Of a DNA stretch of 64,000 nt, positions 8,702 to 17,571 are shown in pieces; position 1 is the stretch's first letter, and each line of letters starts with the position of its first letter. The notes beneath the pieces are model-generated. The model saw only the letters and a program-made list of their open reading frames with translations. It was not told where the DNA came from and searched no databases. Source of the stretch: an uncultured Flavobacteriaceae bacterium (lineage in GTDB: Bacteria > Bacteroidota > Bacteroidia > Flavobacteriales > Flavobacteriaceae); assembly GCA_963972425.1 (NCBI GenBank), contig CAXAUF010000010.1, forward strand, positions 3,013-67,012. The letters run 5' to 3'. The position numbers and the translations under genes were made by a program.

Positions 8702-9760
8702 ATGTCACACTTCCATACACTTTCAGTTAAAGAACTTCATAGAGAAACAGACAAATCGGTTACCATTAGTTTTCAGGTTCCTGCGGATTTAAAATCGGTT
8801 TACGCATTTCAAGCTGGTCAATACATTACCCTAAAAACCAATTTAAACGGTCAGGAAGTTCGTCGTGATTATTCTTTGTGTTCCTCACCTAAAAGTGGTG
8901 AGTTAAAAGTAGCTGTCAAAGAAGTTAAAGACGGAACGTTTTCGGCTTATGCTAATAATGATTTACAAGTTGGCGACCAACTAGAAGTTGCACCACCAAA
9001 AGGTCGTTTTGTTTTTGAACCCAACGACAAGAAAACAAAAAACATAGCCTTATTTGCTGCAGGTAGCGGAATTACACCTATTTTAAGTATTGTAAAATGC
9101 GCTTTAGAAGAAGAAATTCATAGTAAAGTCATCTTGGTTTATGGTAACAAAACGACTAAAGACACGATGTTTTTGCAAGAGTTATTGGATTTACAACATA
9201 CTTATAAAGAACGTTTCACGATTCAATTTGTATTTAGCCAAGCCGATGAAACCGACGCTATTTTTGGTCGGATTGAAAAAAGTACGGTTAACTACGTCAT
9301 GAAAAACAAGTACAAACATATTGATGTGGATGCTTATTACTTATGTGGCCCAGAAGCTATGATTCATGCGGTAAAAGATGTTTTAACCGAACATAATACA
9401 CCTACAGATCGTATTCATTTTGAATTATTTAAAGCAGCAAAACCTGCTGAAGATATATCAACTACAACTATTGCAGATGGAAAAACCCAAATAACGGTTA
9501 TAGTTGATGAAGAAGAAACCACGTTTGAGATGAGTCAAAAACAAACCGTTTTAGAAGCCGCCTTAGATGAAGATTTAGATGCACCATATTCTTGCCAGGG
9601 TGGAATTTGCAGTAGCTGTTTAGCACGAATTACGGAAGGTGAAGCAACCATGCGACAAAATAATATTTTAACCGATAGTGAAGTTGCCGAAGGCTTAATT
9701 TTAACCTGTCAAGCACATCCAACCACACCGACTTTGAAGGTGGATTATGATGATATATAA
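8702..9760 (+). CDS. Ferredoxin-NAD(P) reductase with C-terminal plant-type 2Fe-2S domain (PaaE/PaaK-like)
   Basis: FAD motif RDYSLCS, NAD(P) motif AAGSGITP and a cluster-binding pattern CQGGICSSCLARI...LTCQA (C-x4-C-x2-C-x29-C). Confidence 0.85.
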   Translation: MSHFHTLSVKELHRETDKSVTISFQVPADLKSVYAFQAGQYITLKTNLNGQEVRRDYSLCSSPKSGELKVAVKEVKDGTFSAYANNDLQVGDQLEVAPPKGRFVFEPNDKKTKNIALFAAGSGITPILSIVKCALEEEIHSKVILVYGNKTTKDTMFLQELLDLQHTYKERFTIQFVFSQADETDAIFGRIEKSTVNYVMKNKYKHIDVDAYYLCGPEAMIHAVKDVLTEHNTPTDRIHFELFKAAKPAEDISTTTIADGKTQITVIVDEEETTFEMSQKQTVLEAALDEDLDAPYSCQGGICSSCLARITEGEATMRQNNILTDSEVAEGLILTCQAHPTTPTLKVDYDDI

Positions 9761-9851
9761 GCCCTCTCTGTCCTTCGGACATCTCTCCCAAAAGGAGAGA
9801 ATGCATCGATAGACAAAATAAATTGGGCGAATAGAAATTAGCCTGCTTTGC

Positions 9852-9872
9852 TTTTAGATTTTAGATTTTAGA
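9852..9872. repeat. Tandem 7-mer TTTTAGA x3
   Basis: Read directly: ttttaga ttttaga ttttaga, in the convergent intergenic region. Confidence 0.9.
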
Positions 9873-9940
9873 AGAAAGATTTTTTTTGACACGTTAAAAA
9901 CGGAATCCACGACTTAACAACTAATCAATAAACAACTTAA

Positions 9941-9982
9941 CGGCTTTGCGACTTTGCGGCTTTGCGGCTTTGCGGCTTTGCG
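9941..9982. repeat. Tandem 8-mer CGGCTTTG x5 (second unit CGACTTTG) plus a partial unit
   Basis: Read directly: cggctttg cgactttg cggctttg cggctttg cggctttg cg. It ends 10 nt from the stop of the GT9 gene. A degenerate copy (tgctttgc) sits at about 9844-9851. Confidence 0.9.
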
Positions 9983-9991
9983 AGAAATAAA

Positions 9992-11011
9992 TTAATTTAA
10001 AACAGCAGTAATCTTCGCAACAACCCTTTCCACAGAAACACTCCCAGCAGCATCCTTATAATCGCCTGGATATTTGTTTCCGTAAATAGATGTTGGGATT
10101 TTCGGGTACTGCTTTCTATCCGCTACCAAGGCGTAATCAACTGGTTGGTTAAAAGGTGCAAATCCGGCAAATGGATGCGTAACTCCCCAAATAGTCACCA
10201 CTTTTACGCCAAGCATTGCTGCTAAATGCGCATTTCCAGAATCCATAGAAAGCATAACATCTAGATTGGAAATCACATCCAACTCTTCACTAAATGATAA
10301 TTTTCCAGCCATATTAATAATACCGTCTGCTTCAGATTCGAAGTAATTTAAAATCTGAACTTCTTTTTTCCCACCTCCAAATAATAAAACCTGATGGTTT
10401 TTAGCCAATTCTTTAATAACCTGCTCCATGAGTTCCAATGGATATTTTTTTCCATCATGAGCCGCAAATGGGGCAATACCAATACGTTTCTTATTAGAAC
10501 CTCCTATTATATTTGAAATATTTGGGTTTAAAGCTGCCGGAATTGGGAAATTGGGTTTACTTAAATCTAACGGAAAACCGAGCGTTTCAAATACATCTGC
10601 ATAACGTTGATGTGTGGTTTTTAATGGTTCAAAGATCTTGCCTTTGGTGAGTTGTTTTTTGGCTTTTCGGCCTTTATCAATGGTAGCTACTTTACGAATA
10701 CCTAGAAATGGTTTTAACACTTTGGTTCGTAAAACCTTGTGCAAATCAGCAATGGCATCGCATTTTTCTTTTTTTAATTCTCGAGACAATTTATATAAAC
10801 CAACTAAACCTTTGTGTTTTCCTTTTACATCTGCATGAAACACGGTTACGTTTTTTAAATCGCGAAACAAAGGTGTGAAAAAATCACGTGTAAGAACGGT
10901 AATTTTCACATTAGGATATTGTTGCGTAAACGCGCGAAGCACAGGAACTGTCATAGCAACGTCTCCCATTGCCGAGAGTCGAATAACGAGTATGTGTTTA
11001 GGTTTGGACAT
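9992..11011 (-). CDS. Glycosyltransferase family 9 (LPS heptosyltransferase-like)
   Basis: The N-terminus ILVIRLSAMGDVAMTVPVL is typical of GT9. The C-terminal half contains DSGNAHLAAMLG. Confidence 0.85.
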   Translation of the reverse strand: MSKPKHILVIRLSAMGDVAMTVPVLRAFTQQYPNVKITVLTRDFFTPLFRDLKNVTVFHADVKGKHKGLVGLYKLSRELKKEKCDAIADLHKVLRTKVLKPFLGIRKVATIDKGRKAKKQLTKGKIFEPLKTTHQRYADVFETLGFPLDLSKPNFPIPAALNPNISNIIGGSNKKRIGIAPFAAHDGKKYPLELMEQVIKELAKNHQVLLFGGGKKEVQILNYFESEADGIINMAGKLSFSEELDVISNLDVMLSMDSGNAHLAAMLGVKVVTIWGVTHPFAGFAPFNQPVDYALVADRKQYPKIPTSIYGNKYPGDYKDAAGSVSVERVVAKITAVLN

Positions 11012-11062
11012 GCTTTATATCATCTTAAATGCAATGGAAACATTTAACAAAGATTCTTCAAC

Positions 11063-11078
11063 TCCAACAATTGTTGGA
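11063..11078. repeat. Perfect 16-bp palindrome TCCAACAATTGTTGGA
   Basis: Read directly in the 87-bp spacer between the DUF4254-like stop (11099) and the GT9 start (11011). Confidence 0.85.
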
Positions 11079-11098
11079 ATGTTCTGAATGACAAACTA

Positions 11099-11707
11099 TT
11101 ATTTTTGAGAACGTAACACTGGATTTAGTTCATCGTCATTGTACATTTTCATTTGCTTGTACACTTTCATGTATTTATCGCCTTTTTCAATGTCTGCTAA
11201 TAAGGTGTCAATTGCTGTAGAAAGATCAACTCTCTGCTCCAACAAAACATTCAATTTCGTTTGGCAAGCGGCTAAATGCGCATCAGTTGCGTCTGTACGT
11301 GTTGCCTCTTCATTCATGTGATACACTTTAAGCGCCAAAATAGATAATCTATCAACTCCCCAAGCAGGACTTTCGGTATTGATAGTTGCGTTCGCTTTGG
11401 GCTTTACATGATTGTATTTTTCTAGAAAATAGCTGTCAATATATTCTACCATATCAGTTCTATCCTGATTAGAAGCATCAATTTGACGTTTCAATTTTAA
11501 GGCAGCAACAGGATCAATTTGTGGGTCACGAATAATATCTTCATAATGCCACTGAACGGTATCTATCCAACATTTTCTGTACAATAAATGCTCTAATGTT
11601 TCTGAATCTTTATTATAAGGGTTGCTAAAAGGTTGATCTACCGTATTAATAACATGATATTTTTCTATAACATCTTGAAATATTTTATTGGCTTTTTCTG
11701 AAAACAT
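11099..11707 (-). CDS. Conserved hypothetical protein, probably DUF4254 family
   Basis: 202-aa soluble helical protein (WIDTVQWHYEDIIRDP, GVDRLSILALKVYHM). It lies directly upstream of a GT9 gene, a pairing I recall for DUF4254. Confidence 0.45.
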   Translation of the reverse strand: MFSEKANKIFQDVIEKYHVINTVDQPFSNPYNKDSETLEHLLYRKCWIDTVQWHYEDIIRDPQIDPVAALKLKRQIDASNQDRTDMVEYIDSYFLEKYNHVKPKANATINTESPAWGVDRLSILALKVYHMNEEATRTDATDAHLAACQTKLNVLLEQRVDLSTAIDTLLADIEKGDKYMKVYKQMKMYNDDELNPVLRSQK

Positions 11708-11779
11708 AATGTAAGAATTTTGAAATACAAATATAAACCTATTTATTAACTTTACAGTTCAAAACAAAACCAAAACACC

Positions 11780-12439
11780 ATGAATATTCATAATATCTCG
11801 CTTCAAAATTCCATTTTAAATACCTTTATTTCAGAAATGCGTGATGTGAACATCCAGAAAGATACTATGCGTTTTAGGCGGAATATTGAACGAACAGGTG
11901 AAATTTTAGGTTACGAATTAAGCAAATCTTTACAATATAAATCTATAAATATCGAGACACCTATTGGCATGGCTTCCGAATTTATAACATCTGATGATAT
12001 TGTTTTATGCTCCATTTTACGCGCAGGCGTTCCGCTTCATAATGGGTTATTAAATTATTTTGATAAAGCTGAAAACGCCTTTATTTCTGCCTACAGACAT
12101 CATAAACACAATCCGGAAAGTTTTGAAATTATTGTAGAATATTTAGCGTGCCCAAATTTAGAAGGGAAGACGCTTATTTTGGCCGATCCGATGTTGGCAA
12201 CTGGCCAATCTATGGTGGCTACTTTTGAAGCTTTAAAGCCATTTGGAAAACCTAAATCCGTGCATTTGGTAAGCGTTATTGGTGCGCAAGAAGGCTTGGA
12301 TTATGTATCTAAACATTTTGATGCCGAAACGCATTTATGGATAGCAACAGTAGATGAAAAATTAACAGATCTAGGATATATAACACCTGGATTGGGTGAT
12401 GCTGGCGATTTGGCTTTTGGTGTAAAACTACAAAACTAA
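11780..12439 (+). CDS. upp: Uracil phosphoribosyltransferase
   Basis: SILRAG and the PRPP-binding loop LILADPMLATGQS, with a C-terminal YITPGLGDAGD. Confidence 0.9.
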   Translation: MNIHNISLQNSILNTFISEMRDVNIQKDTMRFRRNIERTGEILGYELSKSLQYKSINIETPIGMASEFITSDDIVLCSILRAGVPLHNGLLNYFDKAENAFISAYRHHKHNPESFEIIVEYLACPNLEGKTLILADPMLATGQSMVATFEALKPFGKPKSVHLVSVIGAQEGLDYVSKHFDAETHLWIATVDEKLTDLGYITPGLGDAGDLAFGVKLQN

Positions 12440-13351
12440 ACTAGCAAAAGGTGCCAAAATAAGAATCCAAATTAAGACCTCACGGAACCATTTTTCAGAA
12501 ATTAACTCCATGTAATTCGTTACAATTATTGCTAAAGGTGCAATTAAGAAAATAAATTCGGCTCCCGTTTTTTCGGGTGAAATAATAATAATCACCAATG
12601 CTATAATAGCAGAAAAAAGAATGAGCATATAAGACGGTCTGTAACTTTTAGATTTATTTTTAAGATTCTGTAAGTAGTAAAACAACGACCAAATAAAATA
12701 GGAAAAGTAAATAGTTGCAGCTATGATAATTTGACGGTTGTTTAGCATACTGAAATCGAAATTCTTTCCGACTTCAAAACTGTTTATATAATCTGAAAAA
12801 TCAATATTAAATACAATTAAAATAGAATAGGTAATAACGGCTACCAAAAGCATTCCAATAAAAGGAATAATCCAATTTTTAATATCTGTAATTCCATATA
12901 GAAAAAGCGCTGCAAAAAGAACAATAAAAAACAACGAACTCCAAAAAAAGAGAAGTGTTGCAATAGAAATCCAAATGGTTGCATCCAAGATTTTTTTCTT
13001 TTGCTGTTTTTTTGATCGCAGGCTTACAATACGTCTTAACGCTAATAATATAAACAGATTGGCAATTACGAGTTTGGTATTTAAAAATGTTTGAAACATT
13101 AACACCATAAACAAACCATAAAACAACAGGTTATAACTATTTTTTTTTGTTAAACTATTCTTGCTTGTAAAGAAATCGAAGATAAAAAGCGAAAGCACAC
13201 ACACACCAAATAAAGCAAATTGCTTGAGCACAAATGCAAAGCTAATTTCAGGATGAATACGCAGTTTGGTAAGCATAAAACCCAAAAACAAAACCATACT
13301 CATTATTACAAAATGAATAGGTGTTGCTTTTTTAAAGAATTTTGAGATCAT
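12428..13351 (-). CDS. Polytopic membrane protein of unknown function
   Basis: 307 aa with about 9 hydrophobic helices and no recognisable motif. It overlaps the upp 3' end convergently by 12 nt. Confidence 0.5.
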   Translation of the reverse strand: MISKFFKKATPIHFVIMSMVLFLGFMLTKLRIHPEISFAFVLKQFALFGVCVLSLFIFDFFTSKNSLTKKNSYNLLFYGLFMVLMFQTFLNTKLVIANLFILLALRRIVSLRSKKQQKKKILDATIWISIATLLFFWSSLFFIVLFAALFLYGITDIKNWIIPFIGMLLVAVITYSILIVFNIDFSDYINSFEVGKNFDFSMLNNRQIIIAATIYFSYFIWSLFYYLQNLKNKSKSYRPSYMLILFSAIIALVIIIISPEKTGAEFIFLIAPLAIIVTNYMELISEKWFREVLIWILILAPFASLVL

Positions 13352-13444
13352 ATAATTAGGAGAAAATCACTTTTAGAGTTTTATTGATTCATGTAAATTA
13401 CTAATATTCTCTTCAAATTATTAAAATTTAATTTGAAAAAGATG

Positions 13445-13452
13445 TAATTTTG
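13445..13452 (+). promoter_or_regulatory. Candidate -7 box TAATTTTG
   Basis: Matches TAnnTTTG, about 60 nt upstream of the ATG at 13513. Confidence 0.3.
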
Positions 13453-13512
13453 CATCATAACATCTTAATTAAGATATTTCACGCGCTTTAAAAGCCTTAA
13501 AATTTATATATT

Positions 13513-13740
13513 ATGACCGATTTTTTTTACGCAATTGAAGACTTATTTGTAAATGTTTTATTTGCACCTTTTGATGCTTTAAGAGCTTTAGAGCTTGAAA
13601 ACTGGGCTGCTGCAAATACATTAAACTGGCTTTTTATAGTTGTTGGTTTTGTTGCATTTACCTATTGGATGCTACAACTGAAAAAATACAACGATAATAA
13701 TGAAGAGAATAAAACAATCTCTTCTCACAGTTATTTATAA
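13513..13740 (+). CDS. Small membrane protein of unknown function
   Basis: 75 aa with one clear TM helix (LNWLFIVVGFVAFTYWML). It has a plausible promoter and overlaps the purD stop by 6 nt. Confidence 0.5.
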   Translation: MTDFFYAIEDLFVNVLFAPFDALRALELENWAAANTLNWLFIVVGFVAFTYWMLQLKKYNDNNEENKTISSHSYL

Positions 13741-15006
13741 ATCGAAACCAATATCGTTTCTATAATACATCGTATCAAAATGTAGCTTGTCTATATTTTG
13801 ATACGATTTTTTTAGTGCCTCACTGTACGTATTTCCATAGCTTGTTATTGCCATAACTCGACCGCCAGATGTAACTACTTTACCATCCTTTAAAACAGCA
13901 CCTGCATGAAAAGGCAATACATCTACCAGGTTATTTAAACCCGTAATTTCTTTACCTTTTTGGTAAGCTTCCGGATAGCCTCCAGACACTAACATAACCG
14001 TTGTAGCTGCACGCTCATCAATTTCAATGTTTATAGAATCTAAAGTTTGATTAGAAATAGCTTGGAAAATTTCAACCAAATCATTCTTTAAACGTGGTAA
14101 AACCACTTCCGTTTCAGGATCTCCCATTCTAACGTTATACTCAATAACTTTAGGCTCATTACCTACTTTTATTAAGCCAATAAAAACAAATCCTTTATAA
14201 GGTAAATTATCTTTTTGAAGTCCACTTATGGTTGGTTTTACAACTAGTTCTTCTATTTTATTTAAAAATTCAGGCGTAGCAAATGGCACAGGAGAAACAG
14301 CTCCCATTCCTCCTGTATTTAAACCCGTGTCACCTTCACCAATTCGTTTATAATCTTTGGCAGTTGGCAAGATTTTGTAGTTTTTACCATCGGTTAACAC
14401 AAAGCAGCTTAATTCAATACCATCTAAAAATTCTTCAATAACCACTTTGGTGCTAGCTTCTCCGAATTTAGCATCAACCAACATGCTTTTAAGTTCCGCT
14501 TTCGCTTCATTTAAATCATTTAAAATTAACACACCTTTTCCAGCTGCTAAACCATCTGCTTTTAAAACATATGGTGGTTTTAAAGTTTCTAAAAACTGAT
14601 AACCTGCTTCTACAGTATGCGCATTAAAACTTTGATATGCTGCAGTAGGAATATTATGACGCATCATAAATTCTTTAGCAAATTCTTTGCTTCCTTCTAA
14701 TTCGGCTGCTGCTTTTTCGGGTCCAATAACTGAAACGTGTTTTATTTCGGCATCATTTAAAAAGAAATCATGAATTCCTTGAACCAATGGATCTTCAGGA
14801 CCAACAACAACCATAGTAATATTTTTATCAAGAACCAGTGTTTTAATAGCTTGAAAATCAGTAACACCAATGGCTACGTTTTCAGCTATAGCAGCCGTTC
14901 CAGAATTTCCAGGCGCTACATAAAGTTCTTTACATAACGGACTTTGCTGTAATTTCCAGGCAAAGGTATGCTCTCTGCCTCCTGATCCTAATATTAAAAT
15001 ATTCAT
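13735..15006 (-). CDS. purD: Phosphoribosylamine-glycine ligase
   Basis: MNILILGSGGREHTFAWKL and an ATP-grasp core (VLKADGLAAGKGV, EEFLDGIE, GPKVIEYNVRMGDPE). Confidence 0.95.
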   Translation of the reverse strand: MNILILGSGGREHTFAWKLQQSPLCKELYVAPGNSGTAAIAENVAIGVTDFQAIKTLVLDKNITMVVVGPEDPLVQGIHDFFLNDAEIKHVSVIGPEKAAAELEGSKEFAKEFMMRHNIPTAAYQSFNAHTVEAGYQFLETLKPPYVLKADGLAAGKGVLILNDLNEAKAELKSMLVDAKFGEASTKVVIEEFLDGIELSCFVLTDGKNYKILPTAKDYKRIGEGDTGLNTGGMGAVSPVPFATPEFLNKIEELVVKPTISGLQKDNLPYKGFVFIGLIKVGNEPKVIEYNVRMGDPETEVVLPRLKNDLVEIFQAISNQTLDSINIEIDERAATTVMLVSGGYPEAYQKGKEITGLNNLVDVLPFHAGAVLKDGKVVTSGGRVMAITSYGNTYSEALKKSYQNIDKLHFDTMYYRNDIGFDL

Positions 15007-16408
15007 GTTGTTATTGTTTGCTGCAAAAATAATTGCTTTTACGCTTAAAAAACAATTATTTTACAAAAACATCTTAAGCCAATTTCATTTGAATTTATTT
15101 GACCTTTCATTACAATTTAATGGTTTTCCCATAAAGAAAGCACAACAGATTTTGAAAGGTATCCAAACGCAATCAGACAGTGAATTTGAACGTTACATTG
15201 AAAAGAAAAAAAAGGAGATTGTAGCGTATCACATTCAAAATAATAATTTTTATAAAGAGTTTTTAAACGACGAAAATGTGTCTGATTGGAATTCCATTCC
15301 CATTATGACCAAACGTGATTTACAGAAACCGTTACAAGAGCGACTTTCCAAAGGTTACAATCTTAAAAACGTTTATGTGAATAAAACGTCTGGTTCTTCT
15401 GGTGATCCTTTTATTTTTGCTAAAGATTATGTTTGTCATGCGCTAACTTGGGCTGTTATAAAAAACAGATTTGGTTGGTATGGATTGGATTTCAACAGTT
15501 CCAAACAAGCCCGATTTTATGGTATTCCTTTAGATAAGACAGGTTATTACAAAGAACGTTTCAAGGATTTATTAAGTAGTCGGTTACGATTTTCGGTTTT
15601 TGATTTAAGTGATGCTGCTTTTGAAAATTATCTTAAAAAGTTTACATCTACTCCTTTTGATTATTTAAATGGTTATACCAGTTCCATCGTTCAATTTGCC
15701 AAATTTTTAGAACGGAAAAACCTCATTTTAAAGGCTGTTTGTCCAACATTAAAAGCATGTGTTGTCACATCAGAAATGCTTTTTGTTGCTGATAAATTAC
15801 TTATGGAAAAACAATTTGGTATTCCCGTAATTAACGAATATGGCGCTTCTGAACTCGATTTAATTGCATTTCAAAATGTAGAAAATGATTGGATAATAAA
15901 CAATGAAACATTATACGTTGAAATTTTAGATAGTAATAATCGCGTTTTACCTTTAGGCGAAGAAGGGCGAATTGTGATTACATCGCTTTACAACCAAGCA
16001 CATCCATTTATACGTTATGATATTGGTGATATTGGCATACTTTCAGAAAAAAGCACGTTTAAAAAGCTTATTCTGGAAAGGCTGATTGGAAGAACAAATG
16101 ATATGGCTGTTTTACCAAGTGGCAAAAAAGCAGCTGGTTTAACCTTTTACTATATTACCAAAAGTATTATTGAGGATGATGGTGTTGTGAAAGAATTCAT
16201 TATTCAGCAGACTAAAATAGATACGTTTAAAATTATTTATGTGAGTACAAATTCATTATCTGAAGAAAAAATGCAAGAGATTCGTAATGAAATGACACGA
16301 TATTTAGAACCCAATTTAACGGTTATATTCGAGCGTCAAGATGCGCTTAAACGATCTAAAAGCGGTAAATTGAAACAATTTTCATCTGTAATAAATTTAC
16401 CTTCATGA
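15005..16408 (+). CDS. Phenylacetate-CoA-ligase-family adenylating enzyme (CapK-like)
   Basis: Adenylation motif NKTSGSSGDPFIF, later YDIGD and a C-terminal SGKLKQF. The track ATG at 15005 overlaps the purD start codon, so the true start is more likely TTG at 15089 (..NLFDLSLQFNGFPIKKAQ). Confidence 0.7.
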   Translation: MLLLFAAKIIAFTLKKQLFYKNILSQFHLNLFDLSLQFNGFPIKKAQQILKGIQTQSDSEFERYIEKKKKEIVAYHIQNNNFYKEFLNDENVSDWNSIPIMTKRDLQKPLQERLSKGYNLKNVYVNKTSGSSGDPFIFAKDYVCHALTWAVIKNRFGWYGLDFNSSKQARFYGIPLDKTGYYKERFKDLLSSRLRFSVFDLSDAAFENYLKKFTSTPFDYLNGYTSSIVQFAKFLERKNLILKAVCPTLKACVVTSEMLFVADKLLMEKQFGIPVINEYGASELDLIAFQNVENDWIINNETLYVEILDSNNRVLPLGEEGRIVITSLYNQAHPFIRYDIGDIGILSEKSTFKKLILERLIGRTNDMAVLPSGKKAAGLTFYYITKSIIEDDGVVKEFIIQQTKIDTFKIIYVSTNSLSEEKMQEIRNEMTRYLEPNLTVIFERQDALKRSKSGKLKQFSSVINLPS

Positions 16409-17571
16409 TGAGAGATATTCTCATAATAACCAGTTATTTCCCACCTGAAACTGGAGCTGCTTCCAATAGGATTTTTCATTTAGCAACAGGTTTAGAAAAA
16501 CAACATTTTAAAGTGTCTGTAATTACACCTTTACCAAATTACCCAAAAGGTGAGATTTTTGATGGTTATCGTGGAAAATTTAAACAAACAACCACTGAAA
16601 ATAACATAACCATTCATAGATTATGGCTATATGCTAGTAACTCTAAAAATAAACTACTGCGTTTATTGGCTATGTTGTCTTATAGTTTAAGTTTAACTTG
16701 GTTTTTTATTTGGAACAAAATTCCGAAAACAGTTATTGTACAATCGCCTCCATTATTGGTTGCATTTACCTGTATGGTATGTTTGAGACGTAAAAAAAGA
16801 AAGCTTATTTTAAATGTGAGTGATTTATGGCCAATTGCTGGTTTAGAATTAGGTGCCTTAAAAAAGAATTTCAGTTATAAAATGCTAGAAAAAATTGAGC
16901 GATTTAATTACAAAAAAGCGGATTTAGTTTTAGGTCAGAGTAACGAGATTTTAACTCATATAAAAACGCTATTTCCAGAAAAAGAGACGTTTTTATATCG
17001 GAATTATCCTGATTTTGGGTGTCCTAAATTACAAGAACGGCCTGATAACATAGAGAAAATTTCTTTAGTTTATGCAGGATTATTAGGCGTAGCACAAGGC
17101 ATATATAAACTATGTAAATCGTTAGATTACAGGAACATTGTATTTCATATTTATGGTGCTGGCTCTGAACAACAACATATAATTAACTTTATTTCTGAAA
17201 ATCCGGAATTACCCATTATTTACCATGGCGAAGTTTCCCGAACTACATTACATAAAGCCTTATTAAATTACGATATAACTATTATTCCGCTACTAAATAG
17301 GATTTATGGCTCTGTACCTTCCAAGGTATTTGAATATGCCAGATTAGGGCTTCCTATGCTTTATTTTGGAGGTGGTGAGGGTGAAGATATTATTAAACAA
17401 CATCAATTGGGTTGGATAGCTGAAGCTGGAAATTACAGTCAATTAAATAAATCAATTCAAGAGTTAAGAAAGGATGAATTAGATTTAAAAAAGCGTAATT
17501 TGATTCAACAAACAGCAAAAGATAATTTCGACTTTAATAGTCAATTATTAAAACTAAAAGCTATGCTTTAA
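16405..17571 (+). CDS. Glycosyltransferase family 4 (WbuB-like)
   Basis: N-terminal ILIITSYFPPETGAASNR and C-terminal SKVFEYARLGLPML, typical of GT-B GT4 enzymes. Confidence 0.8.
   Translation: MMRDILIITSYFPPETGAASNRIFHLATGLEKQHFKVSVITPLPNYPKGEIFDGYRGKFKQTTTENNITIHRLWLYASNSKNKLLRLLAMLSYSLSLTWFFIWNKIPKTVIVQSPPLLVAFTCMVCLRRKKRKLILNVSDLWPIAGLELGALKKNFSYKMLEKIERFNYKKADLVLGQSNEILTHIKTLFPEKETFLYRNYPDFGCPKLQERPDNIEKISLVYAGLLGVAQGIYKLCKSLDYRNIVFHIYGAGSEQQHIINFISENPELPIIYHGEVSRTTLHKALLNYDITIIPLLNRIYGSVPSKVFEYARLGLPMLYFGGGEGEDIIKQHQLGWIAEAGNYSQLNKSIQELRKDELDLKKRNLIQQTAKDNFDFNSQLLKLKAML

Noticed and set aside
9941-9982. Possible CRISPR array
   Set aside because: The units are 8 bp and directly adjacent with no spacers. 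There are no cas genes in the window. It is a simple tandem repeat.
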